A DNA stretch of 64,000 nucleotides, taken from contig CBDDJM010000001.1 in NCBI GenBank assembly GCA_965229795.1, positions 958,630 through 1,022,629 on the forward strand, given 5' to 3'. Position numbers and translations under genes: made by a program. How positions within the stretch are numbered: position 1 is the first letter of the stretch; each line of letters opens with the position of its first letter. This DNA comes from Oceanicaulis sp. GTDB lineage: Bacteria > Pseudomonadota > Alphaproteobacteria > Caulobacterales > Maricaulaceae. Positions 50,207-60,822 of the stretch are shown here, one piece after another. The notes beneath the pieces were generated by a model. That model saw only the letters and a list, made by a program, of their open reading frames with translations. It made no database searches and was not told the DNA's origin.

Positions 50207-51481
50207 TTGGTCATGAATATTGGTCGGATAATCTTAAGCAGCGTTCTGGTGGTTGGCGTCGTTGCCGTCATCGGCGGTGTCGTGGTTGGGCTTGCTGCAA
50301 CGGCAGCGCAGCCAGAACGTCAGGAAGTGGTGCCTCGCCCCACGGCCGTTTTTGTTACAGAAGCTGAGCCCACCCCCATTCAGCTTGCTGTTCGCACGCA
50401 GGGCGAAGTCACCCCGCTTACCGAGATCGACCTGGTTGCCCAGGTGTCCGGCCGGATCACTTTTGTGAACCCGAGCTTCGTAAACGGTGGCTTCTTTGAA
50501 GCCGGTGAGACGCTGGTGCAGCTGGAAGACGCAGATTATCGCCTGGCCGTGACCCGCGCCTCGGCTCTGGTTGCCCAGCGCCGTCAGCAGCTCATCCGCG
50601 AGCAGGCTGAAGCAGAACTGGCGCGTGAAGAGTGGGAAGCCCTGGGTGATGGTGAAGCCAGCGCCCTGACCCTGCGTCAGCCGCAAATGGCAGAAGCCGA
50701 GGCCCAACTGGCTGCCGCTCAGGCAAGCCTTGATGAAGCCCGGTTGAACCTCGCTCGCACTCGCATCTCAGCACCGTTCGATGGTCGCGTACGCACCAAA
50801 GGTGCCGATGTTGGTCAGTTTGTTGGCCCGGGCGCGCGTTTGGGCCGCGTCTTCTCCACCGACCGTGTTGAGGTTCGCCTGCCGCTGACCAACAGCGAGC
50901 TGGCGACCCTGGCCATGCCACTGGCCTACCAGGCCAATGCCAATGATCGCGGTCCGCTGGTGCAGCTGAGTGCTTCGCTGGCTGGCGAGACGCGCGTCTG
51001 GGAAGGCCGCGTGGTCCGCACCGACAGCGCCATCGATCCGCAGACCCGAACCATGAGCGCCATTGTTGAAGTGGCTGACCCTTATGGTGCAGCAGCTGAG
51101 GCCGCCGGCGCACCGCTGGCAGTGGGCCTGTTCGTTAATGCCGAGATCGAAGGTCGCTCTATTGAGTACGCGTACTCGCTGCCGCGCAGTGCTCTGCGAG
51201 GCTCCTCGCAGATGTTCGTAGCCGAGCTTGATGGCACCCTGTCGATCCGCAACGTCACCGTGGCTGACTCCAGCGCTGAACGCGTGATCGTCACCTCCGG
51301 TATCGAAGCCGGTGAGCGTGTGGTGACCTCACCCCTGCGCGGTGCTGCGAATGGCATGCTGATCCGGGCCCTGGGCCCCGACGGTGAGCCCCTCGATCCT
51401 GAGCCCGAAGCTGAAGAAGAGGCCGATGCCGAAGCCGAGGTTGAAGCCGTCGCTTCGCAGGCCGGGGCGCGCACTCGCTAA
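50207..51481 (+). CDS. efflux RND periplasmic adaptor (MFP/HlyD family)
   Basis: 424-aa ORF with an N-terminal TM anchor, a lipoyl/alpha-hairpin region (LDEARLNLARTRISAPFDGRV) and beta-barrel motifs. Confidence 0.88.
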   Translation: MVMNIGRIILSSVLVVGVVAVIGGVVVGLAATAAQPERQEVVPRPTAVFVTEAEPTPIQLAVRTQGEVTPLTEIDLVAQVSGRITFVNPSFVNGGFFEAGETLVQLEDADYRLAVTRASALVAQRRQQLIREQAEAELAREEWEALGDGEASALTLRQPQMAEAEAQLAAAQASLDEARLNLARTRISAPFDGRVRTKGADVGQFVGPGARLGRVFSTDRVEVRLPLTNSELATLAMPLAYQANANDRGPLVQLSASLAGETRVWEGRVVRTDSAIDPQTRTMSAIVEVADPYGAAAEAAGAPLAVGLFVNAEIEGRSIEYAYSLPRSALRGSSQMFVAELDGTLSIRNVTVADSSAERVIVTSGIEAGERVVTSPLRGAANGMLIRALGPDGEPLDPEPEAEEEADAEAEVEAVASQAGARTR

Positions 51482-51512
51482 GAGTGCGACCTGAGACACA
51501 GGAGAGACCAAA

Positions 51513-54500
51513 ATGGTCCAACGTCCAGACGAACAAGAACATCGCGGCATCCTGGCCTGGTGGGCCAAGAATTCGGTCGCGGCGAACCTTCTGATGATCA
51601 TCGCCCTGATTGGCGGCGTCGTCGGCTTCTTCTCCTTGCAGCGAGAAAACAACCCTGGTGCCGTCTTCCCCGGCGCGTCGATCAACGTGGCCTGGCCGGG
51701 CGCTTCGCCTCAAGAGATCGAAGAGCAGATCATCGTGCGCATCGAGGAGGCTCTGTCCGACCTTGATGGCGTCGATGAGCTCACCGCTGCAGCCCGCGAA
51801 GGCAGTGGCTCGGTGTGGGTCTCTGGCGAGCCAGTGCTGGATGCCAATGAGTTCGTGAACGAGATCAAGCTGCGCGTTGACTCAATCAACAACCTGCCGC
51901 GTGAAGCCTTCCGGCCTCAGGTCAATCGCTGGCAGAATTCTGACCAGATCGCTGGCTTTGCCCTGCATGGCGAAATCCCTCGCCGTGACCTGCAGCGTAT
52001 CGCTCGTGAGATCCGCAACGAGATCGCAGCCACCATCCCGGACGTGTCTCTCGTGGACATGATGGGAACGCTGTCTGAAGAGGTCTCGATCGAGGTGTCT
52101 GAAGAGGCCATGCGTCGCTATGGCGTGACCTTTACCGACATTTCGCGCGCCATCTCTACCTCTTCGATGAACACCTCGGCAGGTTCGGTTCGCTCAGCTG
52201 TCGGCGATGTTCGCATCAACGCTCGTGAGCTGGCCGATACCGCCCAGGACTTTGAGAACATCATCATTCGCCAGACCCCGGGCGGAGGTGCTGTGCGGGT
52301 CGGCGATGTGGCAACGGTCAATGACGGCCTGTCCGACTTCAATCTGAACGCCACGTTTAATGGCGAGCAGATGGTGATCATCGCTGTACGCTCGACGGGC
52401 AACTCGGACATCATTGATGTCTCCAACGCGCTGAAAGCCTACGCCGCTGAGAAGAACGAGGAACTCCCCTCCACGGTACGCCTGTCTGAATGGTGGGACG
52501 GGGCTGACCAGTTTAACTCCCAGCTGACCGTCATCGGCAGCTCGGCGCTTCTGGGTCTGGCTCTGGTGCTGGGCATCCTGGTGCTCTTCCTGCGCCCGAT
52601 CGTGGCCTTCTGGGTGACCATCGGTATCGCCACGGCCTTTGCCGGTGCCTTCATGATCCTGCCCATGATGGGTGTGACACTGAACTTCCTGTCGCTGTTT
52701 GCCTTCCTGATCGTGATCGGGGTGGTCGTGGACGACGCCATCATCGTGGGTGAGAATATTCACGCCCGTGTTGAACGCGGCGAGCACGGCATCACCGCCG
52801 CTGTGGTGGGCACTCAGATGGTGGCCAAGCCGGTCATCTTCGCCGTGATCACCACCATGATGGCCTTTGCCCCATGGATGCTGCTAACCGGTCCGACGGT
52901 GCAGTTTACGGCCCAGATTTCGCTGGTCGTGATTGCCGCCCTCATCTTCTCACTGATTGAAGCCCTGCTGATCCTGCCGGCTCACCTGGCCCATATCGGT
53001 CCGCAGAAGACGACGGGCATCTTCGGTCCCTTCGTGCGCTTCCAGAACATGCTGGCTGGCAGCCTGCTGACCTTTGCCCGCGTGGTGTACGCACCAATCC
53101 TCGCCTTTGCGATCCGCCAGCGCTACGCCACCTTCCTGTCCTTCATCGGCATGTTCGTGATTGCCGTAGCCCTGATGGCAACAGGCCGGGTTGGCTTCTC
53201 CTTCATGCCGCAGATTGAAAGCGATCTGATCCGCGTGAACATCCAGCTGGCTGAAGGCACGCCCTGGTCTCGTACCGACGAGATCCGCGCCCGCCTTGAT
53301 GAAGCCGAGCTGGAAGTCCAGCAGGCCTATCGTGAGGAATTCCCCGGCGAGATCGACATGATCCGCAGCCGCTCGACCCTGGCCACTGATGGTTCGGTTC
53401 GCGCCTGGATCAATATCGCTCCGCCAGAGAACCGTCCTGGTCGTACGCCGACGGCAGACGTGGCACAGCGCATCCGTGATGCTCTGGGTCCGATCCCGGA
53501 CGCTGAGGAAATCCGCTTCGATGCCACGATCAACGACAATGGCCCCGCCATCCAGTTCGCGATCAACCACCCGGATCTGGACGTGCTGCGTGCCGCTTCG
53601 GCTGAACTGCAGGACTATCTGCGCCAGTACGAGACCGCCTACGACATCGTGGACAATCTGCAGTCTTCGGCTGACGAGCTTCAGCTGACCCTGCGTCCTG
53701 ATGCTCAGGCTTTGGGTCTGACCCTGGCTGACGTCACCACCCAGCTGCGCCAGGCCTTCTATGGCCAGGAAGTCCAGCGCCTGCCGCGCGGCGGCGAGGA
53801 TGTGCGGGTGATGGTGCGGTATCCGCGCGAAGCCCGGAACAGCCTGGATGCGGTGAACAATATCCGCATCCGCACCGCCGACGGCCGTGAAGTGCCGCTG
53901 GCCTCCGTGGCTGAGACGCGCTTTGCCCCGGGTATCAACCGGATCAACCGCCGCGAACGCCAGCGCACCGTGACCGTCAGTGCTGAGTTGACCGATCGGG
54001 ACGTGGCACCGACCATCCGTCAGGACCTGGAAGAGAACTTCTTCCCGCAATGGCGCGAGCGTTACCCCGGCATTTCCACCGGTGCCATTGGCGAAGCTGA
54101 AGGCCAGGCTGAGTTCATGCAGGAGATTGTCGGTCTGCAGCTGATCATGTTCGGCATGATGTATGTGCTGCTTGCGATTGCCTTCCGCTCATACTTTCAG
54201 CCGATCGCGATCATGTCGGCCATCTGGTTCGCCTTTGCCGGTGCCGTCTTTGGTCACGCTCTTCTGGGTATTCCGCTGGCCCTGTTCTCCTTCTTCGGAA
54301 TGGGTGCAGCCGCCGGTATTGTGATCAACGACAACCTGGTGCTGGTAGACTTTGTGAACCGGCTGCGTGAACGCGGCGTGGGGGCCTTCCAGGCTCTGGT
54401 GGACGCCGGTGTCCAGCGTTTCCGTCCGATCCTTCTGACGACGGTCACGACGTTCATCGGGGTTCTGCCAATGATCACGGAGCGCTCCACCTCGGCTCAG

Positions 54501-54779
54501 TTCCTGAAGCCCATGGTGGTGTCACTGGGCTTTGCGGTGATCTTCGCCCTATTCCTGACCTTGCTACTGGTTCCGGCGCTCTACGCCATCGGTGTGGATA
54601 TCCGTCGCCTGATCCTGTCCATGTGGACTGGTCAGTGGCAGCCCATGATAGGGTCCACCTATTCAGGCCATGAAAGTGGTGACGATGCCGTGGACGTGGG
54701 TCACCCTGAAGACTGGACGCCACCGCTGGACGGTGGAGACTCTCCGAAAGGAGGCCCTCGCCCGGCACCGGCCGAATAA
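51513..54779 (+). CDS. efflux RND transporter permease (AcrB/AcrD/AcrF family)
   Basis: 1088-aa ORF with 12 TM segments and two large periplasmic loops. Contains GVVVDDAIIVGENI and GIVINDNLVLVDF, typical of RND pumps. Confidence 0.92.
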   Translation: MVQRPDEQEHRGILAWWAKNSVAANLLMIIALIGGVVGFFSLQRENNPGAVFPGASINVAWPGASPQEIEEQIIVRIEEALSDLDGVDELTAAAREGSGSVWVSGEPVLDANEFVNEIKLRVDSINNLPREAFRPQVNRWQNSDQIAGFALHGEIPRRDLQRIAREIRNEIAATIPDVSLVDMMGTLSEEVSIEVSEEAMRRYGVTFTDISRAISTSSMNTSAGSVRSAVGDVRINARELADTAQDFENIIIRQTPGGGAVRVGDVATVNDGLSDFNLNATFNGEQMVIIAVRSTGNSDIIDVSNALKAYAAEKNEELPSTVRLSEWWDGADQFNSQLTVIGSSALLGLALVLGILVLFLRPIVAFWVTIGIATAFAGAFMILPMMGVTLNFLSLFAFLIVIGVVVDDAIIVGENIHARVERGEHGITAAVVGTQMVAKPVIFAVITTMMAFAPWMLLTGPTVQFTAQISLVVIAALIFSLIEALLILPAHLAHIGPQKTTGIFGPFVRFQNMLAGSLLTFARVVYAPILAFAIRQRYATFLSFIGMFVIAVALMATGRVGFSFMPQIESDLIRVNIQLAEGTPWSRTDEIRARLDEAELEVQQAYREEFPGEIDMIRSRSTLATDGSVRAWINIAPPENRPGRTPTADVAQRIRDALGPIPDAEEIRFDATINDNGPAIQFAINHPDLDVLRAASAELQDYLRQYETAYDIVDNLQSSADELQLTLRPDAQALGLTLADVTTQLRQAFYGQEVQRLPRGGEDVRVMVRYPREARNSLDAVNNIRIRTADGREVPLASVAETRFAPGINRINRRERQRTVTVSAELTDRDVAPTIRQDLEENFFPQWRERYPGISTGAIGEAEGQAEFMQEIVGLQLIMFGMMYVLLAIAFRSYFQPIAIMSAIWFAFAGAVFGHALLGIPLALFSFFGMGAAAGIVINDNLVLVDFVNRLRERGVGAFQALVDAGVQRFRPILLTTVTTFIGVLPMITERSTSAQFLKPMVVSLGFAVIFALFLTLLLVPALYAIGVDIRRLILSMWTGQWQPMIGSTYSGHESGDDAVDVGHPEDWTPPLDGGDSPKGGPRPAPAE

Positions 54780-54794
54780 CCTCAACCTCTAATG

Positions 54795-54831
54795 CGGCGC
54801 AGGTCATGGATTGGCCTGCGCCGTTCTTTTT
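54795..54831 (+). terminator. rho-independent terminator after the RND operon
   Basis: Stem CGGCGCAGG/CCTGCGCCG with an 11-nt loop, followed by TTCTTTTT. Confidence 0.65.
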
Positions 54832-54956
54832 CACTGCAGGACTGCTGCCAAGCAGGCTTGCCAAATCATGGGGCCAGCGGCGACCGTCGCGGCCATACCA
54901 GTCCCGAGATACCGGACAAACCGGGTCGGGACTTTTACTGTTGATGGGGAGATCAC

Positions 54957-57047
54957 ATGAAACAGTTTTTGATGTCCTGCGCGGGTCTGGCCGCGCTGAC
55001 CCTGGCGTCCTGTGCGCCGCCTGCCGACGGCCCGTCTGAAGGTGCCGACGCCAGCACCGAAATGGCTCAGGCCGAAGCCGCCAACGAAGCGCCGCGCTAC
55101 GGCACTTTCGGCATGGACGTGGCAGGCATGGATACCAGTGTCCACCCGGGCAACAACTTCAACCATTACGCCAACGGCACCTGGCTGGCTGAAACCGAGC
55201 TGCCGGGCGACCGCTCGCGCTATGGCACCTTCTCCATTCTGGCAGAAGAAGCCGAAGAGCATGTCCAGGCGATCATTTCCGATGCCATGGCTGAGGGCGG
55301 TGAGCCGGGCTCCAACGCCCAGCTCGTCGGCGCGCTATACTCCAGCTGGATGAATGCGGACGCGATTGAAGCGGCCGGCACTGCAGGCCTTGATCCTTTC
55401 CTGGCCGAAATCGCCGCCATCGAAACCCATGATGATGCAGCCGCGCTGTTTGCCACGGTTCATCACCAGGCCCCGTACAGCGTCGCCATCTGGGCGGACC
55501 CGGACAATCCGAACGTCAATGCCCTGCGCGTGTTCCAGAGCGGTCTGGGCATGGGCAACCGCGATTACTATCTCGGCGACTCCGAGCGCTTTGCGGAGTA
55601 TCGCGACGCCTATCGGGCCTACATCGCCCAGATCCACGATCTGGCCGGCATCGACGGTGGTGAAGCCAACGCACAAGCGATTCTAGACTTTGAGACCCAG
55701 CTGGCTGAAATCCACTGGACCCGCGAAGACAGCCGCGATGTGACCCAGACCTACAACCCCATGAGCCCAGCGGAGCTCGATGAGCTGGCCCCGGCGCTGA
55801 ACATGTCTCAAGGCATGGAAGCCATGGGTATCAATATCGAGCGCCTGATCCTGGTCCAGCCGACCGCGATCTCTGGTACCTCGGAGCTGTTTGCCAACAC
55901 CGACATCGACACCATCAAGGCGTGGATGACCTTCCACTTCATCTCCGATCGCGCCAGCTGGCTGCCGGCCGCTTTTGATGAGGCAAGCTTTGACTTCTTC
56001 GGCCGTACGCTTAACGGCCAGGAAGAGCAGCGCCCACGCGATCGTCGCGGTGTGAACCTGGTTGGCGGAGCCCTTGGCCATGCTGTGGGTCAGATCTATG
56101 TGGATCGCCACTTCCCACCGTCTTCAAAGGACCAGATGGACGATCTGGTGCAGCGCCTGACGGTGGCCTTCCGTGGCCGTCTGGAAAACCTGGAATGGAT
56201 GGACAACGAGACGCGTGCTGAAGCGCTGACAAAGCTGTCCACCTTTGAGCCGCGCATCGGCTATCCGGAAATCTGGGACGAGTATGACGGTCTGGAGCTG
56301 GTCGAGGACGACTATTTCGGCAACCGCATCCACATGGCCGAGTTCAGCTGGGCTGAGCAGCTGGAAGACCTCTATTCAGAAGTTGACCCGCGCGAGTGGG
56401 GCTGGCCTCCGCAGATCGTGAACGCCAGCTACAACCCGCTGCAAAACCAGATCACCTTCCCGGCCGGCATCCTGCAGGCCCCGTTCTTTGACCCGAATGC
56501 CGACCCGGCCATGAATTTCGGTGCCATTGGCGGTGTGATCGGTCACGAGATCGGCCACGGCTTTGACGACAACGGCCGTCGCTACGACGCCGAAGGTCGC
56601 CTGCGCATGTGGTGGACCGACGAGACCAATGAGCGCTTCATGGAGCGGGCCTCCATGCTGGGTGCCCAGTACGATACCTATTGCCCGATTGATGATCAGT
56701 GCGTCTCCGGCCGCCTGTCCATGGGCGAGAATATCGGTGATCTGGGTGGCCTGCAGATGGCCTATAGCGCATGGCGTGAATATGTGGACGAAGTCTATGG
56801 CGGCGAAGCCCCGGTGATCGACGGCTTTACCGGCGACCAGCGCTTCTTCCTCGCCTGGGCTCAGGTCTGGCGCAACCTGTACTCCGACGACGCCCTGCGC
56901 GGTCAGTTGGTGCGGGGTCCGCACTCGCCGCCTCGCTATCGCATCAACGGTGTCGTGCGCAATCTCGACGCCTGGTACGACGCCTTCGGCATTACCGAAG
57001 AGCACGAGCTTTACCTGCCACCAGAGCAGCGCGTGCGCATCTGGTAA
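54957..57047 (+). CDS. M13-family zinc metallopeptidase (PepO/endothelin-converting-enzyme-like) lipoprotein
   Basis: 696-aa ORF with lipobox LASC, zinc site VIGHEIGHGFDD, the downstream ENIGDLGG, and C-terminal RVRIW. Confidence 0.9.
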   Translation: MKQFLMSCAGLAALTLASCAPPADGPSEGADASTEMAQAEAANEAPRYGTFGMDVAGMDTSVHPGNNFNHYANGTWLAETELPGDRSRYGTFSILAEEAEEHVQAIISDAMAEGGEPGSNAQLVGALYSSWMNADAIEAAGTAGLDPFLAEIAAIETHDDAAALFATVHHQAPYSVAIWADPDNPNVNALRVFQSGLGMGNRDYYLGDSERFAEYRDAYRAYIAQIHDLAGIDGGEANAQAILDFETQLAEIHWTREDSRDVTQTYNPMSPAELDELAPALNMSQGMEAMGINIERLILVQPTAISGTSELFANTDIDTIKAWMTFHFISDRASWLPAAFDEASFDFFGRTLNGQEEQRPRDRRGVNLVGGALGHAVGQIYVDRHFPPSSKDQMDDLVQRLTVAFRGRLENLEWMDNETRAEALTKLSTFEPRIGYPEIWDEYDGLELVEDDYFGNRIHMAEFSWAEQLEDLYSEVDPREWGWPPQIVNASYNPLQNQITFPAGILQAPFFDPNADPAMNFGAIGGVIGHEIGHGFDDNGRRYDAEGRLRMWWTDETNERFMERASMLGAQYDTYCPIDDQCVSGRLSMGENIGDLGGLQMAYSAWREYVDEVYGGEAPVIDGFTGDQRFFLAWAQVWRNLYSDDALRGQLVRGPHSPPRYRINGVVRNLDAWYDAFGITEEHELYLPPEQRVRIW

Positions 57048-57075
57048 GCACGGTCGAGTTTGACTGACTGACAAG

Positions 57076-57109
57076 GCCCCGGGCGTCTATCGCCCGGGGC
57101 TTTTTCTTT
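57076..57109 (+). terminator. rho-independent terminator after the M13 peptidase gene
   Basis: Perfect 10-bp stem GCCCCGGGCG/CGCCCGGGGC with a 5-nt loop, followed by TTTTTCTTT. Confidence 0.8.
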
Positions 57110-57268
57110 GCGCGCGCAAGCGAACCAACAGGTGGAGATCGCCTGACGGAAGGTTCACTTGCACCCGCCGTGAAACCGATTGAGGTTCAGGCCGCATCAT
57201 TAAGACAGAACCAGGGTGTGCCAGGGGAGCGGCAGGCCGCAAGCAAACTGAAGACAAGGACCATTACC

Positions 57269-58965
57269 ATGCCCAAAACCATTGCCCGCCCCCTGTTGAC
57301 CGGCCTTTCAGCCGTCGCCCTTTCATCGGTTGCCCTAACTGGCGCTTTTGCCCAGACCCCGGACTGGGCCGATGACGCCGATGCTCTGCTGGATAGCCAC
57401 TGGAACGAGGCAACGTCGAGTGTTTCGGTCATCGTGACGCGTAATGGCGAGGTCGTTTACGGGCGTGGTGCTGGCATGGCCGATCTTGATGCAGGCAGAC
57501 CTGCCGACACCGATACGGTTTACCGCCTGGCTTCCATCACCAAGCAATTTACGTCCGCGATCATCCTGCAGCTTGTGGAAGAGGGCCAGGTTGCCCTTGA
57601 TGATCCGCTTTCAGCCTATCTGCCGGACTATCCAGAGCCCGGTGCCAGCGCAACGGTGCGCCAGCTTCTGAACCACACCTCCGGCATTCGCTCCTATACC
57701 AATCTGCCAAGCTTTACAGAGAATGCAGGGGCGACCGCAGACAGCGGGCTGACGACCTCAGAGCTGATCGCGGTCTTTGACGATGAGCCGCTTGAGTTCG
57801 AACCGGTTGAGAGCTGGAACTACAACAATTCCGGCTATGTGCTGCTGGGGGCCATTATCGAGGCCGTGACGGGACAGGACTGGTACGCAGCGGTTGAGGA
57901 GCGGATCAGCGAGCCACTGGGACTTGAAACCCTGCGCTATGGCGGATTTGAAGACCAGATGCCGACCATGGCGTCTGGCTATTCAACCGATGAAAACGGC
58001 GATGTTGGACCAGCTCGTCGCATTCATATGAGCCTGCCCCATGCGGCCGGTGCGCTGATTTCTGATGCCGAGGACCTCGCTGAGTGGGCCGAGGCGCTAC
58101 ACAGCGGCGAGGTCGTCTCAGATGCGCTGTATGCCGAGATGATTGCGCCGACAATGCTGCCAGACGGAACCGAAGTCCCCTACGGCTACGGGCTGACACC
58201 CGGCGACGTGCGCGGGCGTCCGACCATCGGACATAGCGGCGGCATTTTCGGCTTCTCAACCGAAAGCCTTTACCTGCCGGGTGAAGACCTGTTCGTCGCG
58301 GTTCTGGGAACTCCGATCGGGGGCCGCTGTCCTCCGGCCTCGTCGCGCGCCGTCTGGTCAGCTACGCCATTGGCGACCCCTACCCCAGCTTCAGCCCGGT
58401 TGAGATTGATCTGACCGGGCTTGAGCCGCTTTACGGCGTCTATGCGATTGAGGGCACGGAAGATTCCCGTCAATTCTTTGCCCGCGACGGCCAGCTTTAC
58501 ACGCTGCGCTCCGGTGGCAGCGCCAGCGAAGTCTACCCCGTGGGCGATAATCGCTTTTACTATGGCCCGGACAGCCTGACCTGGTTTGAGATCGTGGTGT
58601 CGGAAGACGGTACGCCCGTCATGAATATGCACCAGCAAGGCGCGAGCGAGGCTGAACCGGCTCTGTGGTCGGGTCCGATCCCAGAAGGTCCGGCGACGAT
58701 CGACCTGCCTGCAGATACGCTGGCGAGCTATGTGGGTAGCTATGCGCTCGGCGGCGCATCGCTTGACATCCGGATGGCCGATACCGGCGCGCTTGAAGCC
58801 CAGCTCACCGGCCAGGCGCCAATTGCCATCGCGCCCATCAGCGAGACCGAGTTTCTGGTCACAGGCGTTGATGCCCGCCTCGTCTTTACCACGGGCCAAC
58901 CGGCCCCATCGGTGACCCTGCATCAGGGCGGACAGGAAATCGTGGCTGAGCGCACTTCGGACTAA
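57269..58965 (+). pseudogene. serine hydrolase (beta-lactamase/PBP4*-type), interrupted by a 1-nt frameshift near 58307-58311
   Basis: Signal peptide MPKTIARPLLTGLSAVALSSVALTGAFAQ and active site ASITKQF (S-x-x-K). The first frame reads ...EDLFVAVLG and then runs into non-homologous sequence, stopping at 58414. The frame of ORF 58540-58965 is open from 58285 and continues NSDRGPLSSGLVARRLVSYAIG...GDNRFYYGPDSL..., the expected continuation of the protein. Confidence 0.7.
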
Positions 58966-58999
58966 CCCGCCGCCTCTGGCATTGTCAGAAACAGACCAG

Positions 59000-59028
59000 A
59001 CCCCGGGCGCTCAGCGCTCGGGGTTTTT
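59000..59028 (+). terminator. rho-independent terminator after the serine hydrolase
   Basis: Stem CCCCGGGCGC/GCGCTCGGGG (one G-T pair) followed by TTTTT. It abuts the stop of the convergent metallophosphoesterase gene. Confidence 0.6.
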
Positions 59029-59815
59029 ACCGACTGAAGAGCCCCTCGAGCAGCCGGGTTTCTGCGCACTCGAACACACCGCGCTCGCCGGCGGCCATTA
59101 CCGATAGCGCCCCATGGTCGCCGTCGCGCTCGATTACGTTAAAGCTTGCAGGCTCGCCCCGGGTGCGGCGCGATAGCGCCGTGCCAGCCCCCACAAACCA
59201 ACAGGTCGAGCCATCTTCATTGGTCAGGGGCTCAGCGAACACCTGGTGCAGGTGGCCGCTCAGATAAAGATCAACACCGGCGTCAGCCAAAAGATCAGCT
59301 GCCCTCGCCCCTCCGGTGGTCCTGGCCCGGCCCCGCAATCCGCCAGGAGCCACAATGGGATGGTGCCCGGCCACCAGGCGAAGTCCATCATGTCCGGCGA
59401 CCGATTGGGCGACCTTAAGCGCATCTTTAAGCCGAACCTTGCCCAGCGACCAGTCAAGCCGGGACTGTGCCCCGCGGGCTGTATCCAGCATGATCGCGTG
59501 AACACGTGCATCCTTGTGCTGGGTTGGCAGGTGCCCGCCCAGCGCCCGGCGGTAGCGCGCCCACGGTGTGGCAATGCGCGCGGCGATATTCAGATAGGGC
59601 GTATCGTGATTGCCCGGCGCGCCGACAAGCGGTGCCCTGAGGCGTTCAAAAAAGCGCGCGGCTGCATCAAATTCCCGGCGACGTCCAAACTGGGTCAGGT
59701 CGCCGGTGACGACGATCAGGTCCGGCGCAACATGGTCCAGGCTATCAGCCAGCGCATCGACCAATTCTGACTCTTCTGCGCCGAAATGAAGATCGGAAAT
59801 CTGGGCTAGCTTCAT
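59027..59815 (-). CDS. metallophosphoesterase (calcineurin-like)
   Basis: 262-aa ORF with ISDLHFG (DxH), VVTGDLT (GD), PGNHD (GNHD/E), AGHHP and SGHLH motifs in canonical order. Confidence 0.85.
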   Translation of the reverse strand: MKLAQISDLHFGAEESELVDALADSLDHVAPDLIVVTGDLTQFGRRREFDAAARFFERLRAPLVGAPGNHDTPYLNIAARIATPWARYRRALGGHLPTQHKDARVHAIMLDTARGAQSRLDWSLGKVRLKDALKVAQSVAGHDGLRLVAGHHPIVAPGGLRGRARTTGGARAADLLADAGVDLYLSGHLHQVFAEPLTNEDGSTCWFVGAGTALSRRTRGEPASFNVIERDGDHGALSVMAAGERGVFECAETRLLEGLFSR

Positions 59816-60690
59816 GACGAAACCGGAGCGGCAAACCGCCCCCCTTCTTCAACATAGGACAGTATCACGGCGCCTCTGGCGCGCACGAGCTCTCCATCAA
59901 GCAGAAGGCGTATCCATTTTGGCCCCTCAAGGCGGGCGGGGTCGCTGGATGTTTCTGAGATACCATCAAGCGCCGGGCCAACCGAAAGAAGCGACGCTGA
60001 CTGCAGCGCCAGGCCTGCCAGGTCCCCCTCGCCCATCAGACGGTGTTCCAGGCCTTGCTCAATATCCGCCTCGCGGCGCAGCGCCTTAAGCCCGCCTGGA
60101 ATAGTGATGATCGCGCTCCGTCGAGTGAGCCGGGTTTCAGTCCCGTTGACGCAGAGCCGCAGGCGCGGCTGGGTCATCTGGCGCAGGCCCTGCCACATGC
60201 GACCCGCGGCAAGGCCTGGCCGGCGCCCCTTCTGGTTCGGGCGCATGGCTTCTCTCGCCTGACCAAAGCGGACAGGCGCTCCGGCCATCATCGCGACAAA
60301 GAAATAGCGCCCTGCCACCTCACCAGCCGGTAGCGTAAGCAATTGATAGTCCTCAAGCTCTGACAGTATGGTCTGGAAACTTCGGTCACCATAGAGGCGG
60401 CGCGGTAGCAGGTTTGCCGTTCCAAGCGGAAGCGGGATCATGGCCGCCATGACACCCGCCTGACGGGCCTGCTGCAAGACGCTCACAGCGGTTCCATCAC
60501 CGCCGGCAATCGCCACGAAGTCGCACCCGCTGGTCAGCGCGCCTTGAACCGCACCTTGAAAATCCTTGGTAACATCAAAGACATCCACATGGCGTTGGCC
60601 GCCCTGTTTTGCAGATTCAATCACCGCACCGGCATCGACGGACCGCATCTGTCCGGCATCCCGGTTTATGATCAGTGCCAGCTTGGCCAT
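59812..60690 (-). CDS. diacylglycerol-kinase-family lipid kinase (YegS/BmrU-like)
   Basis: 292-aa ORF with LIINRDAG at the N-terminus and the nucleotide-binding motif IAGGDGTAVSVL. Its stop overlaps the metallophosphoesterase start by 4 nt. Confidence 0.8.
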   Translation of the reverse strand: MAKLALIINRDAGQMRSVDAGAVIESAKQGGQRHVDVFDVTKDFQGAVQGALTSGCDFVAIAGGDGTAVSVLQQARQAGVMAAMIPLPLGTANLLPRRLYGDRSFQTILSELEDYQLLTLPAGEVAGRYFFVAMMAGAPVRFGQAREAMRPNQKGRRPGLAAGRMWQGLRQMTQPRLRLCVNGTETRLTRRSAIITIPGGLKALRREADIEQGLEHRLMGEGDLAGLALQSASLLSVGPALDGISETSSDPARLEGPKWIRLLLDGELVRARGAVILSYVEEGGRFAAPVSS

Positions 60691-60822
60691 GGCTATAGAC
60701 CTAGTCAGGCCCGCGACGAATGTAAGCCCCTGCCGCTAAATATCGCGCCCAGGCATTGAACCGTCACACCATCGGTTTAAACCTCTGCGCTGACAGTTGA
60801 CCTCCCCTTAAAGGATTTTGCC

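Noticed and set aside
57170-57268. An N-terminal extension of the serine hydrolase ORF (MKPIEVQAASLRQNQ...).
   Set aside because: The extension precedes a perfect signal peptide that starts at the internal Met (57269) and has no homology-like features, so the downstream start is preferred.
60691-60822. A Pho box in the divergent alkaline phosphatase / lipid-kinase promoter region.
   Set aside because: Only isolated half-sites are present (CCGTCAC on plus, CTGTCAG on minus), with no second repeat at 11-bp spacing.
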